Below are positions 63,762-64,000 of a stretch of 64,000 bases of DNA, piece after piece. The notes under the pieces are model-generated. The model was not told where the DNA came from. It searched no databases and saw nothing but the letters and a program-made list of their open reading frames with translations. The position numbers and the translations under genes are program-made. Position 1 is the stretch's first letter. Each line of letters starts with the position of its first letter. The stretch comes from Pseudomonadota bacterium (GTDB lineage Bacteria > Pseudomonadota > Alphaproteobacteria > Sphingomonadales > Sphingomonadaceae), in assembly GCA_021847605.1 (NCBI GenBank), contig JAJZQN010000019.1, positions 485 through 64,484 of the forward strand, read 5' to 3'.

Positions 63762-64000
63762 ATGGGACGGATCACCGACAATCGAGCCGACATCTATCAG
63801 GAAATCACCGATCAGATGATCGCGATGATCGAGGCAGGCACCCGGCCTTGGTCGAAATCGTGGAACGGCAGCACCGCACCGAATATCCCGCTCCGCTCGA
63901 CCGGCGTTCCCTATCGGGGCATCAACGTCCTGACCCTTTGGGTTGCCGCCATGACCAAGGGCTATGGCTCTCCGCATTGGCTGACCTTCAAGCAGGCGCT
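63762..64000 (+). CDS. ardC: ArdC-like antirestriction protein, N-terminal ssDNA-binding domain (partial, runs off the window)
   Basis: ATG at 63762 lies after aaaggaaaggaag. Translation by hand: MGRITDNRADIYQEITDQMIAMIEAGTRPWSKSWN...GVPYRGINVLTLW...SPHWLTFKQA, which matches the ArdC/DUF1738 N-terminus. Absent from the ORF track because no stop occurs in the window. Confidence 0.75.
   Translation, partial: MGRITDNRADIYQEITDQMIAMIEAGTRPWSKSWNGSTAPNIPLRSTGVPYRGINVLTLWVAAMTKGYGSPHWLTFKQA

Larger units (their letters stand above)
46745..64000. mobile_element. Conjugative plasmid/ICE backbone segment (continues past the window end)
   Basis: Holds a VirB/D4-type T4SS, primase-like gene, nuclease, RT module, toxin-antitoxin-like pair and ardC. 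Local low-GC patches. The left edge is defined only by the Tn3 end. Confidence 0.7.

Noticed and set aside
1-64000. CRISPR arrays, rRNA and tRNA genes, and an integrase/att site for the conjugative segment
   Set aside because: No regularly spaced direct repeats were seen. No tRNA-like T-arm signatures or rRNA-like segments were noticed on reading. No integrase gene is in the window. The left edge of the foreign DNA is the Tn3 end, not an att site.

Overview
High-GC, sphingomonad-like alphaproteobacterial DNA (taxon inferred from composition and gene content only). All calls come from reading the supplied translations and sequence by eye. No database search was run.

The window has three parts.

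(1) 1-10.2 kb holds ordinary chromosomal genes: a UrcA-like secreted protein, a LytTR response regulator with its LytS/YehU-type kinase, a ModE-like regulator, a TonB-dependent receptor, YnfA and a ClC channel. REP-like palindromic elements lie between some of them.

(2) About 10.2-39.4 kb is one large catabolic locus. It combines glycosidases (GH27, GH127, GH43), proline-specific peptidases (S9 DPP-IV-like, M24 Xaa-Pro, DUF885-like), peptide and amino-acid transporters, a second TonB receptor, two tandem LecA-like lectin paralogs and hydroxyproline-catabolic enzymes. The enzymes are an FAD D-amino-acid-type dehydrogenase, an Ldh_2 reductase, a DHDPS-like protein and a Cys/Cys proline-racemase-family epimerase. 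Five promoter regions in this locus carry the same 16-bp palindrome, ATATCGTATACGATAT. I read the locus as a GntR-controlled regulon for plant hydroxyproline-rich glycoproteins (extensin type).

(3) At 41.6 kb a PQQ-dehydrogenase gene is cut by a 5.1-kb Tn3-family transposon (tnpA, res, tnpR and one passenger gene). The other end of the transposon cuts a virD4 coupling-protein gene. From there to the window end runs a conjugative plasmid/ICE backbone:
- a complete virB1-virB11 set with an entry-exclusion lipoprotein;
- a zinc-finger/Toprim primase-like gene and an SNase-like nuclease;
- a three-gene module of small TM protein, XRE regulator and retron-like reverse transcriptase, behind a 570-bp hairpin-rich leader;
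- a wHTH/PemK-like pair and a partial ardC.

Three perfect copies of a 20-bp palindrome whose 16-bp core closely resembles chromosomal parS are scattered over this backbone.

No rRNA, tRNA or CRISPR array was seen.
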